From positions 51,770,001 to 51,834,000 of the forward strand of contig OZ024747.1 of NCBI GenBank assembly GCA_964016885.1: a DNA stretch of 64,000 nucleotides, in the 5' to 3' direction. Position 1 is the stretch's first letter. Each line of letters starts with the position of its first letter. A program made the position numbers and the translations under genes. Origin of the DNA: Eledone cirrhosa (taxonomy: Eukaryota). The notes beneath the pieces were generated by a model that was not told the DNA's origin, did no database searches, and was given only the letters and a program-made list of their open reading frames with translations. Positions 1 through 12,004 of the stretch are shown one piece after another.

Positions 1-254
1 TGTAGGTCTCTGTAGGTGTACGAGAGAGGTATATACAATACCTTGTAATCCACAGCTCAGTGGGGATGTGTGCTGCCAAATATAGAAACCACAATGAAAA
101 ATACGTGATATTTGTGTGTAAAGGTGTGAGATACAGACACAGAGAAGGAGACAGGAAGTAGGTTTAAAATATAGCATGAGAGCAGATAAACTATTATAAG
201 GACCAGCCCTACACACACATATATATATATACATAGACATACAAACACACATAC

Positions 255-312
<58 letters not shown>

Positions 313-488
313 GTAGAACACTGGAAGGTAATATCCGTAGCGGTAGAGTTAGGTAGAAGTGGTAACACAACAGTTGAACTAACTGTTGTGTTACCACTTA
401 TATATATACATATATACACACATATATATATACATACATATATTATATTATATACACATACATACACACACACACGTATATATATATT

Positions 489-575
<87 letters not shown>

Positions 576-1671
576 CTGTATATATATGTATGTATATATA
601 TATAAGAAGGGCATGGTAGGGCGATTTTATAAAGAAGTTAACATACATAGCAAGGCAACAGTAAAAATATTTGCATTACTATTCAGGGTCAACTTTAGTC
701 AAAAACAATCTTCACAATTCCATTCCTGTCAGTAAAAACTGGGCTTTCTTTTACTTTTGTATTCTTTTTATCTGAAATATATTTTAGGGGTTTCATCATG
801 ACTGACTTGTTTGTTTGACTCAAACAGTAAAAAAAAAAGATAATAATAAATAAATAAAACTGACGTGAGAATTTCAAATGTAACCCAGAAAAATTTCTTT
901 TATTCAAGAATGTTGAGTTTTTTATTATTTTTCTTTTGTTTGAACCTTTTTTTTTCTTCTGAAAAGACGATCATTCTTATAATTTAACAGTCAGTATGAA
1001 ATATATATGTATTAATATCTCTTGTTTCTCTCTCTCACACACACACACACACACGCGTATATATATATATATATATACATAGATACATATAATATATATA
1101 TATATATATACATATATGTATGTATATTACATACACTATATATATATATATATAAACATGAGAAGAAAGAAGAATACTGCGTGGTTTGTACATGGGTTAC
1201 ATATGATAAAAATAGTCCTTCGTCAGTGATTTGCCAACCATCATTGGTATTTCATCGCATTAAAAATCAGATACCTCAGGTTGGTGCGAGCAATAAGCTA
1301 AAAAAAGTTATTAGGACCAGTAATCGCGTAAAGCGAGGGGGACAAGTGAACAACATAGAAGGATAAAAACAAACCAAAGAAAGGAAATAAACAAGCAACA
1401 TGGTAGTCCTGGTCAGCATAAGCTGGGTGGATTTCATGAGCGATTAGTACAGACGTCCGACGTGAGTGAGATGGAAGCAAGAAAAGGCCCACTGTTAGCC
1501 AAACGGGAGGAAGTGAGAAGGGGAGAAACAGAGAGTGAGTGAGTGGAAGTGCGAGGAAGTGGTCAGTCGAGGGAAAGTGTAACTGACAGAGGGGGCGAAA
1601 GAAGGTGAGAGAAACAGAGAGAGCGGGGAAGCAGTAAGAGAGAAACAGACAAACGCAGCCGAGGTAAATAT

Positions 1672-1897
1672 ATCGTTTCGGAGCTTTGATCATATTGACG
1701 TATTGACTGCTCTATAGCAATTATGTAACTGTATACTATTAGACTTCATATATAGGTTCGATTCGATCAGACCGTCTTCTTCGGAAACAATCTGAAGAAG
1801 ACGGTCTGATCAAACCAATATATGAAGTCTGATATTATAGTTATTTAACTGTAATAGATCAGTCAATACGTCAATATGATCAAACCTCCGAAACGAT
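1672..1897. repeat. Imperfect foldback (~110-bp arms) built from a hammerhead-like Penelope pLTR segment
   Basis: Left arm atcgtttcggag...gatcagaccgtcttcttcgga mirrors right arm tctgaagaagacggtctgatc...ctccgaaacgat. The right arm has CTGAAGA (1792) ... GAAACgattGTA (1890-1901). Confidence 0.8.
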
Positions 1898-2517
1898 TGT
1901 AAAACAGTGATATGAAGAGGTAAAATAACTTTACTTCGTTGTTATTATTTTCATTGTTAAATTAATGTCTAATATCAGACTCTGTATCTAAGGAATTAAC
2001 TCAGCTGAACACGGAACCTTTCTATGAATTTCACTGGATTACTCGCTATCAGATTACATTTAGTTCTATCTACGGTACAAACCCTAACACATTAAAAAAA
2101 TTATATATATATATATTTAACTCTAATTTTCATTTATATTTCGGCTCCCTCACAAGTCGAGCTTATTAAGTTGTGTGTGTTGGACTGTTGTTTCTATTCA
2201 ATACACGCTTACCACGTTTGACTAGCGGCGCACGAGGTGATAAATTTCATCTTTCTGTGTGAACGTTGGTACATAGTGTTTGTTGCATTTAATCTGATTC
2301 TCTCGCTGATGATGCCTAAGGATTATCTGTTACAAACACACTCAGGGCCAAACAGATTAGGGATAATCTGTCCGAGAGATAAAATGGTTATTGAGGCGGT
2401 TTGTATAATAATATATTTTTATTTTATCATTCTGTCTGCTTCTTGGTTAAATATTTCAAACAAATGTGGTTTTTCAACCCTTGTAATATTAGACACACGG
2501 TTTACTGTGTTTCTTCC

Positions 2518-2590
<73 letters not shown>

Positions 2591-2755
2591 TTACACGCTT
2601 CACACCCTTCCACCACTTGTTCATTTTATTGTTTGTTCTTATGTTTATTTTTACGTTTATTTTAATTTTTATTTGTTCTCCTTCCTCCTTTTTTCTAAAT
2701 GTATTTCCACCCCTCCTCCACACACCCTCGGAACTCTCTTCCTAACCTATTTTCT

Positions 2756-2785
2756 CCTGAAGAAGGGCTTAGGCCCGAAACGTCG
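2756..2785 (+). ncRNA. Minimal type I hammerhead ribozyme motif (Penelope-type) in a ~285-bp (TA)n-flanked unit (~2590-2875)
   Basis: CTGAAGA-a-GGGC-ttag-GCCC-GAAAC-GTC. AATAAA follows at 2821. Stem I is very short. Confidence 0.75.
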
Positions 2786-2871
2786 TTCCCCACCGCCTAG
2801 GCTCTCAAGAGCGTGAACCTAATAAACCTTTATTTGTCTGCCTCTCTGTTTTGTTCCCGTCCAAATTTGCA

Positions 2872-2912
<41 letters not shown>

Positions 2913-3419
2913 ACAAGATATTAGAAAAAGCATTTTCCACCTAGTGTTTAGTAACCGCATTAACAATATACAAAGGAAAAACCTTGTCTCAGACCACGAA
3001 ATGTTTTTCTGAACCCCGAGATTCCACCAGCCGAAAGCTAAACCCAATTATCTCCTTCCGGCTCACACATTTGATAACATGGATCTTTAAAATACACACT
3101 GGGATGCAATCACTAACGATCTATCACAAGTTGCCTGGTCCATTACACACACACTCACATCTGCACTAACATCAAAACATCCTGGTAGATATTTGCAGAC
3201 ACTGTCACAAACATATGTGAAAAACACACCCCACCAAGATCTGTGAACAAAACTAAGTATAGAATCCCCAAAAACAAAACAAAAAAAAACAAAAAAAATC
3301 AGAAAAATAAAAAGGACAAACAAAAAAAAAAATCAACAAACTAAAATACTGCCAACAGCAACGCACACATTCGACTGCTATTGCACTGTTCGAATAAAAA
3401 ATATATAATCTTCAACAAA

Positions 3420-4290
3420 GCATAAAGACCATCATAAATAGCCAAAGAACAGCTGGGGAGGAATGGGCCATTGAGGAAATCAAACTCAATACCAAAGTGT
3501 TCTTTTCATTTGCGATAAAACAGAAGGTTATTGTCGCCGGGTGACAGGAGAAACGTTTGGTCCAACTAAGTGGTCAAAGATGCCATTCGAGCAAAGGGGA
3601 AAGCCTAGAAAACCTGGTTTGGAAATAAGTCCACTTTCGTGCACTTGTGGTACAAGCAAACGCAAAAAATCGCAATAGAGACAGTAAAGGTGGCGAAAGT
3701 TAAGACTTGAGAGGACTTTGGCGTTCCCCTGGAATACGACTTCAGATCATCTTCTGTTGTACATGAGTGCATCTGAGAACGATGACTAATTTCTCGGAGG
3801 CTGAGGTCACAAGAACAATTAAAAAGCTCGAACGTGGCAAGGCGGTTGGCGGGGCGGGGGGGGGGTCGGCTCGAGATGTTAAAAGGGGAATTAGATGCTT
3901 GTGTGGTACGTGGCTTGGATCTATGGAAAAGCATGTAAGCAATGGTAATCGGGAGTGATAATCCCAATTTTCTAAGATAAGAGGTAGTGTTTCATTTATA
4001 GAGGAATCTTTTTAAGGGTCCCCGGTAAAGTATATACTAATTGTAAAACAAAGGGATATAAGGGGATTGTTGAGATCACGCTAGCTGATGAAGCGTAGTT
4101 TTTCCTCTGGTCGCATCAAAGGCGACAAAATATTCACACTACGGAAGCTTTTAGAGAAATCGTGGGCGTATTGCCAAAAGGTGTATTCTTGCTTTGTAGG
4201 CCTGTCCATGATAGAGTATATGTACAATGAGGAGAGTTGCGAAATTCGATGGGGATGTTTAAAATTCCTTTATTCATAATGGTGTGATAC
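3420..4290 (+). pseudogene. Decayed RTE-clade non-LTR reverse transcriptase fragment
   Basis: Broken frames give SEAEVTRTIKKLERGKAVG, YRGI..VPGKVY and DKIFTLRKLLEKSWAY..VYSCFV, matching the N-terminal RT motifs of RTE-type elements. Confidence 0.65.
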
Positions 4291-4367
4291 ATATTTCATG
4301 GTTACGTAATATATATATATATAATAAGTACCTTACTTACTGTGGTGACCCGCGATTGAAGACGGAA

Positions 4368-4489
<122 letters not shown>

Positions 4490-4630
4490 CTTTGGGGAGG
4501 TTCATGCTGCCAGTAAAAACACACGCACCTGTTTGTTTTTGACTTCAATTTTGCTATACATTTCCGGTTGGTTGGGTGGGTGGTTCGATAACCGGGGGGT
4601 TGTTTTTATAAACAATATATATATATATAT

Positions 4631-6400
4631 AAAAGAAATAAGATTTCACTTTCAAGTCCAGCATCGCTACAGTATATGGAAGGAATGTATTATGTATTAG
4701 TTTAACGCTTGAAATAGCAGGAAGAAGATCTTAACGTTTCAGACGCTAGTCCTTAATCAGAAGAAAGAATGAGAAATTAGATAGATAGAAGTGACGGGCG
4801 GGGTGGAATCGGAAAAAGAATCATTTAAGAGAAAAATACCAGGTCCATTCATGTTGTCATCTCTTGGAAAACTGTTGATGCTGCCGTTTTGTGTATGATA
4901 TACTTTTTTTTTTAGAAAAGTGGATGTTTGGAGCGCGCCTACCTGAAATAAAAAAATAAAACATTTTGTATATAGAGCAATAAGTGTGTGCTTGCGTATG
5001 CGTGTGTGGGTGTGTGTGCGTATGTACGACGCTAAGAGGATATGTGTGTGTATATGTAAGTAAAAAAGTGTGTGTGCTTAAGCTGTGTGCAAAAGCATGT
5101 TAATAAAAGGGAGTGTGTGTGTATACAGAGTTCTGAAGGGAAAAATTAGAGGTGCGTGTGCGTATTTTGTTGATCTGTTTCGGCTGTAAGAGTATATGTT
5201 TCTGGCCATAAGAGAGCCATAGGACTGAATGTACAATAGCATGTGTGATAAGGGGCGGTGTAACGTGACGGAGGAGGGGGGCAAAGGTTAGAGAAGTAAG
5301 CACGAACGTATATGTATGATATTAAAGAAATTGGGGAGGCGAGTTGAGTCCATGAGGGAAAAGCACCCAAGGCGGTAAATCAGACTCTGTTCAGTCTTGG
5401 TGCGTGAGGCCTGTGATCTGTGGTATAAAAGGACACCCAGGACTCAGACATGTAGGGAAGTGTCGCCTGAGGAACGGAAATGAGGGTCGACGGGAGTATC
5501 TATACCGAGTCGAATGTCCATCAAATGTTCAGCAAAACGGACCGCCAAACGCCGTCCCGTTTGTCCGATGTATAAGGATCCGTAAAGGGAATACCGGAGG
5601 TCATGGAGAACGTGAGTGGAGGTGCAAGTGAAGGAGTGGCGTATAAGGCATAAACCACTGGTGTTTGTGGGAATGGTGAGGTTGGAATTGAAAGGACAAG
5701 TGTTGCAGCGGGGACGAGAACAAGCCGGGTGGAGTCGTAGGATAGGACGAGAAAGAACTGCGTACCAGGAGGTCGCAGAGATTGCGAGCGCGCTTAAAAG
5801 CGGTGATGGGTGGGTTAGGAAAAAAGCGAAGAATGACGGGGTCAGAAGAGAGTGTTCGGAAGAAACGGAGAATATGTCTCTGGAGAGGTAGTGTGATGGG
5901 GTGGAAGTTGAGTAGGAAACGAAGGCAGATGTTAGGAGGGCGCTGGTGAGGGGAGAGGGATGCGGTACGGTCGGTTTCGTGGGTGGGGATGAGAGCAGCT
6001 TGGATCATCAGGGTACGGGGATATCTGCGCTGGATGATGCGGGAGGCCATGTGAAGGGAATGGGTTTCGAAATCGTGGTCCTGGCTACAAAGGCCAACGT
6101 AAACGGAGGAATTGGGAGTAGGGTATGGAGTGTTTGGTGTGGGTTGGATGGGAGGAGGTGAAGTCGAGTAAGAGTGGGAGCCAGTAAGTTTATAGAGGAT
6201 GGAAGTAGAGGTGTGATGAGTGTGCTCGATAGAGAGAGAAATATCAAGAAAAGGGACGGAGGTGGTGAAGGTGAGAGTGGGATGAAAAGATTGAACAAGA
6301 GATAGAAAGCAGTCGAGTTGTTCAGCGGGTAGAGAGGTGGCGCCGGTATAGTCGTCGATATAACGACCGTATAGCTGAGGAGTAGATCCAGCACACTGGG
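4631..6400 (-). mobile_element. Penelope-like element (Neptune-type), 5'-truncated and decayed: RT C-half, GIY-YIG endonuclease, 3' pLTR
   Basis: Minus-strand translation: GRYIDDYTG (~6350-6370), PFLDISL, LLNFHP..PPITAFKRARNLCDLLVRS, SLYIGQTGRRLAVRFAEH (~5525-5580), EQSLIYRLG..HGLN (~5345). The unit ends in (TA)n at ~4630. Confidence 0.85.
4729..4764 (-). ncRNA. Hammerhead ribozyme motif in the PLE 3' pLTR, core mutated (G8->U)
   Basis: Minus strand: tctt-CTGATTA-a-GGAC-tagc-GTCT-GAAAC-GTT-aaga. Stem I tctt/aaga and stem II are intact. Confidence 0.7.
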
Positions 6401-6480
6401 AGAAGGTCTGGGCTTATATTATGTATCTGAGTTGATTAGAAAATTAGAATGTTGTTGTTATTCAATCCGAAGCTTTGTAG

Positions 6481-7593
6481 TTATTCTTTCCAGACATGTG
6501 GACAACGTGAGAAGATTTCATTTCTTGAATTTAGGCAATCGCTATTGCGCAATCTCCTTTAAATATTTATCCTTTCTTCAATACACAGTCCATAAGACAG
6601 ATTGCCCCTTGCGTATGGCTTGGACTTAGTGATAGCTTTCCATTGAATGGAGTTGTCTATACATGAGTCTTTGAAAGACCATCCGTGGCTCGCGAGTTTC
6701 GTTGATGATCCGGGTACCTAAAGGTCGACCGATGGTTCAGGAAGCGTTCCTTAAATCGACGTTCCGCCATACCCACATAGGATTTGACCTCATGTGGTTG
6801 ATTTGGTCGGTTGGAAGTGACCACAGCTTAATAAACTACAGCAGGTGTGTTGCATTGCTGTTGACGGGGACACGGTTCAGGCTTTCGGCAAGAACATCCT
6901 GGTGATGTGCTGCTCTTAGATCTGTTGGTGATGTGGGCTTTCATATTCTTAGCACAGGAGTACCCTAGTTTTACTCTGTGTCTGTTAAAGATGAAGCAGT
7001 ATTTGTGACCTATGTGAAAATGTATATCTAAGAGGGTTAAACAAGTTTTTCCTACATTAGTTTTAACGTTGAGTGAGAAGGGAAGAGAGAACCAGATAGT
7101 TTGTCTATTGTTACGATTTCTTTTCTTATTGCTGTTGGCGTTAGTGGGGGAGTAAGTAATTGGTTGCGAGAAGCCGCTGTTAGCTAACGCTGTGTTATAG
7201 TAGGGAGCCGCTCTGTCAAAGATTGCCTTATTAGAGGAGAGGCTAGAGATTCTAGTACTGGTATTATTTACGAAGTTTCTACAAACGGTAGGAGGGTGGC
7301 ACGAGTCCTTGTGTATGTAATTAGGTTTTTCGTTTAGTTTATGGAAGGGTCTGAAGGTATGTGCGCGAAGGTCTAAATTAATGTCTAAGAAATGTACGCT
7401 AGAGAGGTTGGTAGATACCGTTATCCTAACTCCTGACTCATTAAAAGAAGAAGTTAAATCTTTTTTAAACCGGTCCAAATCGTGACCACATTTATGGCTC
7501 GATAAGGTCAGACCATCGTCGCGGTATATTCCCGTGTGGAAGTCCGGGAATATAACGCGTAATATATCTAAAATAAATAAGCCAACCAAGTCG

Positions 7594-7595
<2 letters not shown>
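6481..7595 (-). mobile_element. Penelope-like element fragment of a second lineage (YRDD type, possibly Naiad-like): RT C-half, Cys linker, GIY-YIG
   Basis: GIYRDDGL, HFLDINLDL, KPNYIHKDSCHPP, CSCRKPEPCPRQQQC..VVY, an in-frame TAA, then SYVGMAERRFKERFLNH and a terminal CLNSRNEIFSRCPH. Truncated at (TA)n. Confidence 0.85.
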
Positions 7596-7652
<57 letters not shown>

Positions 7653-8237
7653 TTAGGCACAGGAGAAGTATTTGCTATTGGTACCAGATTTTACGGGTAA
7701 AACCCGCCAGCAGAAGACCCAAGTGTACAGCACGAGTGAGATTGTTGGATAACAACCATGAACTCGGCTGCTTTCGCTTGGGGATCGAACCGGGTGGATT
7801 GGAAACGGTTACCTCTGACAGAACCCACTGAGGACTCCTTTCGTTGCAATATTTTCAATGTAGACATCTTTACGTTTTTGAGAATAGATTGTGTCCGCCA
7901 TGTCTCTTATTTTAACCCTTTGCTTAGCATGTTTTAATTTCTCATGTTTTTCAAGAGCTAGTCACTCTCAACGTACATCTCACTTTTCCATGTGTGTCGT
8001 TTTACCTACTGTACACAGGTGATGAATAAATAGCACAGTAAGAAAAGAAAATTTATATCGAGAAAATGTTTTGCTTTTTTAAATTTAGAGATTTCTTTAG
8101 AAGCTTTTGATGTCTTCAAGTTGTTATAGGTTTTGCAGTCTTAAGAGCTCGGGCTACCATACCTGATAGCGCTAAGCGAAGTGGATATAACGGAGTTTTA
8201 TATAAACCTGAATCAACTGTTTATGGCTTCCGAACTT

Positions 8238-8239
<2 letters not shown>

Positions 8240-8287
<48 letters not shown>
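8240..8287 (-). repeat. (ATT)n tail or target tract of the Tx1-like element
   Basis: About 16 TAA units on plus, directly after AATAAAgaaatc on the minus strand. Confidence 0.9.
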
Positions 8288-8289
<2 letters not shown>

Positions 8290-8549
8290 TTTCTTTATTA
8301 ACCACAAGGGTTTACATAAAGTAGACATTAAGGACAGTGCAGGACAATGCAGGACGGTACAAATGGGCATTTCTGCGTGTAAAAAAACAAAAACAGAGGA
8401 TGTAAGAAAAATAACAATGAAAATAACAATGAAAAATTCCCCAATAGGGGGGAGACTTCGGAGGGACATTTGTGGAGAAAGCCCAGTAAAAAGCCACAAT
8501 GACCCTGACCACCAAGGCAAGTGCCCTCTCCCAGTTTTCCACCTTTAGT

Positions 8550-11500
8550 TTACAGATATATACTCAGAGTCGGCCCATTCACTCGGGCCATTCTTGCTTC
8601 TCTCACCCATCTTTCAACAAAATGCTGGGAAGAGAGCACTTCCTTCTCTACTCTGATTTTCCTTTTCAAATGAAATTTGAAAAAGTCAATCAGAGCATCA
8701 CCGAAGAGGTAAGTGCTCGTCTTCAGCCCTTTCAAACGTGTCCACCATACTATCTCTTTCGCCATGGCCACCAGACAGATAAAAACTGCCTGCCCTTCCC
8801 GGCTAAAGGAGGAGGGCGGGGCAATCCTCACGATAGACTCAGATGATAGCTGGATCCGTCCTAAACGCGACAGCAGGTGTTCGACATAAACCCACAAGTC
8901 AGCAATTTTCGGACACTGGACGAGTGCGTGCAGGACGGTTTCGTCGCCCTGCGCGCATCTCGGACATGCCCGGCTGACGGCACCTCCATGCCTGTAGAGT
9001 TTATCCCGAACTGGCAAGGCTCCTCGGTAGCACTGCCAGGCCAGAGATTTCTGGAAGTTGTCCATAGGCCCCGGCCCGAAAGTTCTTCCGAAGAGATTGG
9101 CTAGTTGATTTTCGTCGACGCCTAGAGTTTCCCCAAGTACGTCGTCGCTCTTCCCCTCCACTAATCCTCTATAGAACGCCGAGGTGGAGTTTCCACCGAT
9201 CACATTGCCCGATTGGTCGAGGGCTGTGAGCGCCTGAAGACATTCCAGTCTCCAGGCGCTCCCTCTCGGTCTTCGCTTGACCCAGGACTGCAGCTCCGTC
9301 ATGGAAACGAGCTGGGGAAAAACGCGTCTAGCAAACGGCGACCACACCTGATCACCGTCGAGGAAGAGGTGGAGATGTCGTAGCCTGAGCGCGTGCCTGC
9401 GCATCATCAGCCACGGCATGCCCAGCCCTCCACGTAGCGGGTGTTGACAACAGATGGACCGCCTGACCATCGGAGCACGTCCCTTCCACAAAAAGCGAAA
9501 GAGCAAACGCTCCAGCGCAGTCAGGCGAGGCTTAGGACAAGGTACGACGGTTAGGCGGTAGCAGATGACAGACGCGATGTACGCGTTAGCCACCTCCGCT
9601 CGACCTTTCAGGGATAGCTTCCTCTCCGCCCATTTCTGGGTGAGAGAAGCCACCCTGCTCGTCACCTCGTCCCAGTTTTTGTCCGTCTGGAGGTCCGGAC
9701 CGAACCAGACCCCTAGCAATTTAACCGGTCCGTCCGTCCAGCGCCCGACGACGCTGTTGGACGGCATGGACCTGCCTCTCCAGGTGCCGAGCTGCAGGCC
9801 CACCGACTTTTCCTGGTTGATCATTGCTCCTGTCACCGCTTCGTATTCTCTTAGTGTAGTGCCGATCGCCTCGATGTGTTTGGCGTTCGACACCACTACG
9901 GTGACATCGTCCGCATATGCTGACACGGATCTTCCGCATCCTAGTTCGCGCGGGACTCCCCTCAACGTCTCCAGTTTGTGCAGTAATGGCTCGAGAGTCA
10001 ATACGTACAAGAGGGACGAGAGGGGACATCCTTGGCGGACCGAGCGCATGATGTTGAACGGTTCCGACAGGTGACCGTTCACTCTCACCACAGAGCAGAT
10101 GTCGCTGTGCATGGCAGCGATCCAGCCTCTGAAGACGGGCCCAAAGCCAGCCGCCCTCAGGACTGCCGCTAGGTAACGATGGTCGACCCTATCGAAAGCT
10201 TTCGACTGATCTAAATTGATCAAGGACCCACCCGTGCCAGATTCCCTAGCTACCCTCTCTACGATGTATCGCATGAGGTGGAGGTTGTCGTGGATGGATC
10301 TGTCGGGAATGGCGCATGTCTGCGCCTCTCCCACCAGACCACCAACGACAAGCGCCAACCTCTTTGCTAGCACCTTGGCCAAAATCTTAAACTCTGTGTT
10401 TAGCAGAGTTATGGGCCGGAAATTGTCTATGTTATCCCCCTTGTTCGGATCCTTTCTCAGCAGTGCCACCGCTCCTCGGCTCACAGAACTGGGAATTCTC
10501 CCGTTCTGTTGCCAGTTGCAGTAGACGTCCGCCAAGAGGCCTCCGAACAAGTCTGGCATCTGTACGTAAAGTTCATAGGGCAGACCATCCAAACCAGGCG
10601 ATTTACCCCTTGTGCAGCCAGTCATTGCCTCCCTTACTTCAGCGGCTGTTATCGGCTTTTCGCAACACTTCGCCTCAGTGGCCGAGAGCCGCGGCAGTCC
10701 GTCGAGGTAGACACTAAAGTCCATCCCTCTACCCGGCCCCCCGCTGCCCCCGAACAGCTGAGCGAAGTGTCGCTGAAAAGCTTCACACATTTGCCCGGGA
10801 TCGAGTAGCATGCGCCCGTCGTGGTCCACCAAAGACCGGATCGTGGCTTTGTTGCCACGACGCGCCTCCGCCACTCGGGCCCATTGAACGGCTTTCGTCC
10901 CCTCGTGTCTGAGAACACGCACCCTAGCTCTGACAACGCAGCCTTCGTGCTTTGCATTGAAGAATTGGTCAAGGGCCAATTTCGCCGCAAGCACGTCGGT
11001 CGCAATGCCTTTGCTAAGCGCCTCGTCTAATTTTTTAACTAGTTCTCCCTCTGCTCTATTTTTCTCTATTGCTAAAGCCTTACTAAACCTAATCGATTCT
11101 ATTCTAATCGCTCTTTTCAGAGCAAACCACCACTTGTTGTTGACGATGGCCCCCGTCAACGCCCGCTTAACTAGTTCGCTAATCCGGTCTCTGTAGGCCT
11201 TGCGCGCTGGTAAGGACGCGTTTAGCTTCCAGTAGCCGGGTCCTCGTCTATGAAGCCTATCTAAGTCAAGCACACAGGTCACGAATTTGTGGTCCGTGTA
11301 GCTGACTATCTTGAATTGTGGACAGCCTATGCTAGACCTATCTATTTCCCTACAAAATACTCTATCTAGATATGATCTGGATGACCCTATGCGGTTTGTC
11401 CAAGTCCACATTGGCACATTCGGGAAATCCAATCGGTACCTGTCAGACAGTTCAAAACGCCTGAGCAGGTTGGTGAGGCTCTTGCACCCTCCACCCCTAT

Positions 11501-11969
11501 CCGCTAATCCCACACAGTCCCAGCGTGCATCTAAGATCCCGTTCCAGTCGCCCACTAACACTAAAGAGCGCGACGTTCCAAGAAAGGTCTCCAGACGCCG
11601 GAAGAAATCAGGCCGCCCTGCTCCTGTCGGGGCATAGACGGCCACTAGCCTGAAAGCTTGCCCGTCTCCGCTGGTCACGTCCAGCACCACCAGCTTACCC
11701 TCTGGGTCCAGGAAGATGGCCCGTATGGCGAGATCCAAACCTCTCCGAAAAAGTACAGCAACTCCTCCACCCGATCCAGGACGGCTGGGAGATGCGTACA
11801 CATCGTAGCCGCCGAAGATCGGTGCGAAGGCCCGTGCTTCGGAGATTCTGGTCTCGCTGATGGCCACTACATCTATGTTTAGTGACCTGAGGTCGTTGAG
11901 CAGGTGACCCTGCTTCCATGACGACCCCAAGCCACGCGCATTTATGCTGCCTATTCTGAGTGAGGTCAT
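8550..11969 (-). CDS. ORF2: AP-like endonuclease, reverse transcriptase and C-terminal CCHC zinc finger (1139 aa)
   Basis: APE motifs SINARGL, ISETR, VYAP, VGDWN, LDRVF, TDH. RT motifs NFRPITLLN, LDQSKAFDRVDH, VRQGCPLS, YADD, LLGVWF. C-terminal CPRC...ETVLHALVQC. GYWKLN and LDQxKAFDRVDH are typical of the Tx1 clade. Confidence 0.95.
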   Translation of the reverse strand: MTSLRIGSINARGLGSSWKQGHLLNDLRSLNIDVVAISETRISEARAFAPIFGGYDVYASPSRPGSGGGVAVLFRRGLDLAIRAIFLDPEGKLVVLDVTSGDGQAFRLVAVYAPTGAGRPDFFRRLETFLGTSRSLVLVGDWNGILDARWDCVGLADRGGGCKSLTNLLRRFELSDRYRLDFPNVPMWTWTNRIGSSRSYLDRVFCREIDRSSIGCPQFKIVSYTDHKFVTCVLDLDRLHRRGPGYWKLNASLPARKAYRDRISELVKRALTGAIVNNKWWFALKRAIRIESIRFSKALAIEKNRAEGELVKKLDEALSKGIATDVLAAKLALDQFFNAKHEGCVVRARVRVLRHEGTKAVQWARVAEARRGNKATIRSLVDHDGRMLLDPGQMCEAFQRHFAQLFGGSGGPGRGMDFSVYLDGLPRLSATEAKCCEKPITAAEVREAMTGCTRGKSPGLDGLPYELYVQMPDLFGGLLADVYCNWQQNGRIPSSVSRGAVALLRKDPNKGDNIDNFRPITLLNTEFKILAKVLAKRLALVVGGLVGEAQTCAIPDRSIHDNLHLMRYIVERVARESGTGGSLINLDQSKAFDRVDHRYLAAVLRAAGFGPVFRGWIAAMHSDICSVVRVNGHLSEPFNIMRSVRQGCPLSSLLYVLTLEPLLHKLETLRGVPRELGCGRSVSAYADDVTVVVSNAKHIEAIGTTLREYEAVTGAMINQEKSVGLQLGTWRGRSMPSNSVVGRWTDGPVKLLGVWFGPDLQTDKNWDEVTSRVASLTQKWAERKLSLKGRAEVANAYIASVICYRLTVVPCPKPRLTALERLLFRFLWKGRAPMVRRSICCQHPLRGGLGMPWLMMRRHALRLRHLHLFLDGDQVWSPFARRVFPQLVSMTELQSWVKRRPRGSAWRLECLQALTALDQSGNVIGGNSTSAFYRGLVEGKSDDVLGETLGVDENQLANLFGRTFGPGPMDNFQKSLAWQCYRGALPVRDKLYRHGGAVSRACPRCAQGDETVLHALVQCPKIADLWVYVEHLLSRLGRIQLSSESIVRIAPPSSFSREGQAVFICLVAMAKEIVWWTRLKGLKTSTYLFGDALIDFFKFHLKRKIRVEKEVLSSQHFVERWVREARMARVNGPTLSIYL

Positions 11970-12004
11970 GTTTAAAATAGAGTGGAAAAGATGGGAAAGA
12001 CCAC

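Noticed and set aside
6828-6830. In-frame stop in the YRDD-type PLE as possible selenocysteine recoding (reported for some Naiad elements)
   Set aside because: The codon is TAA, not TGA, and the downstream part is also frameshifted.
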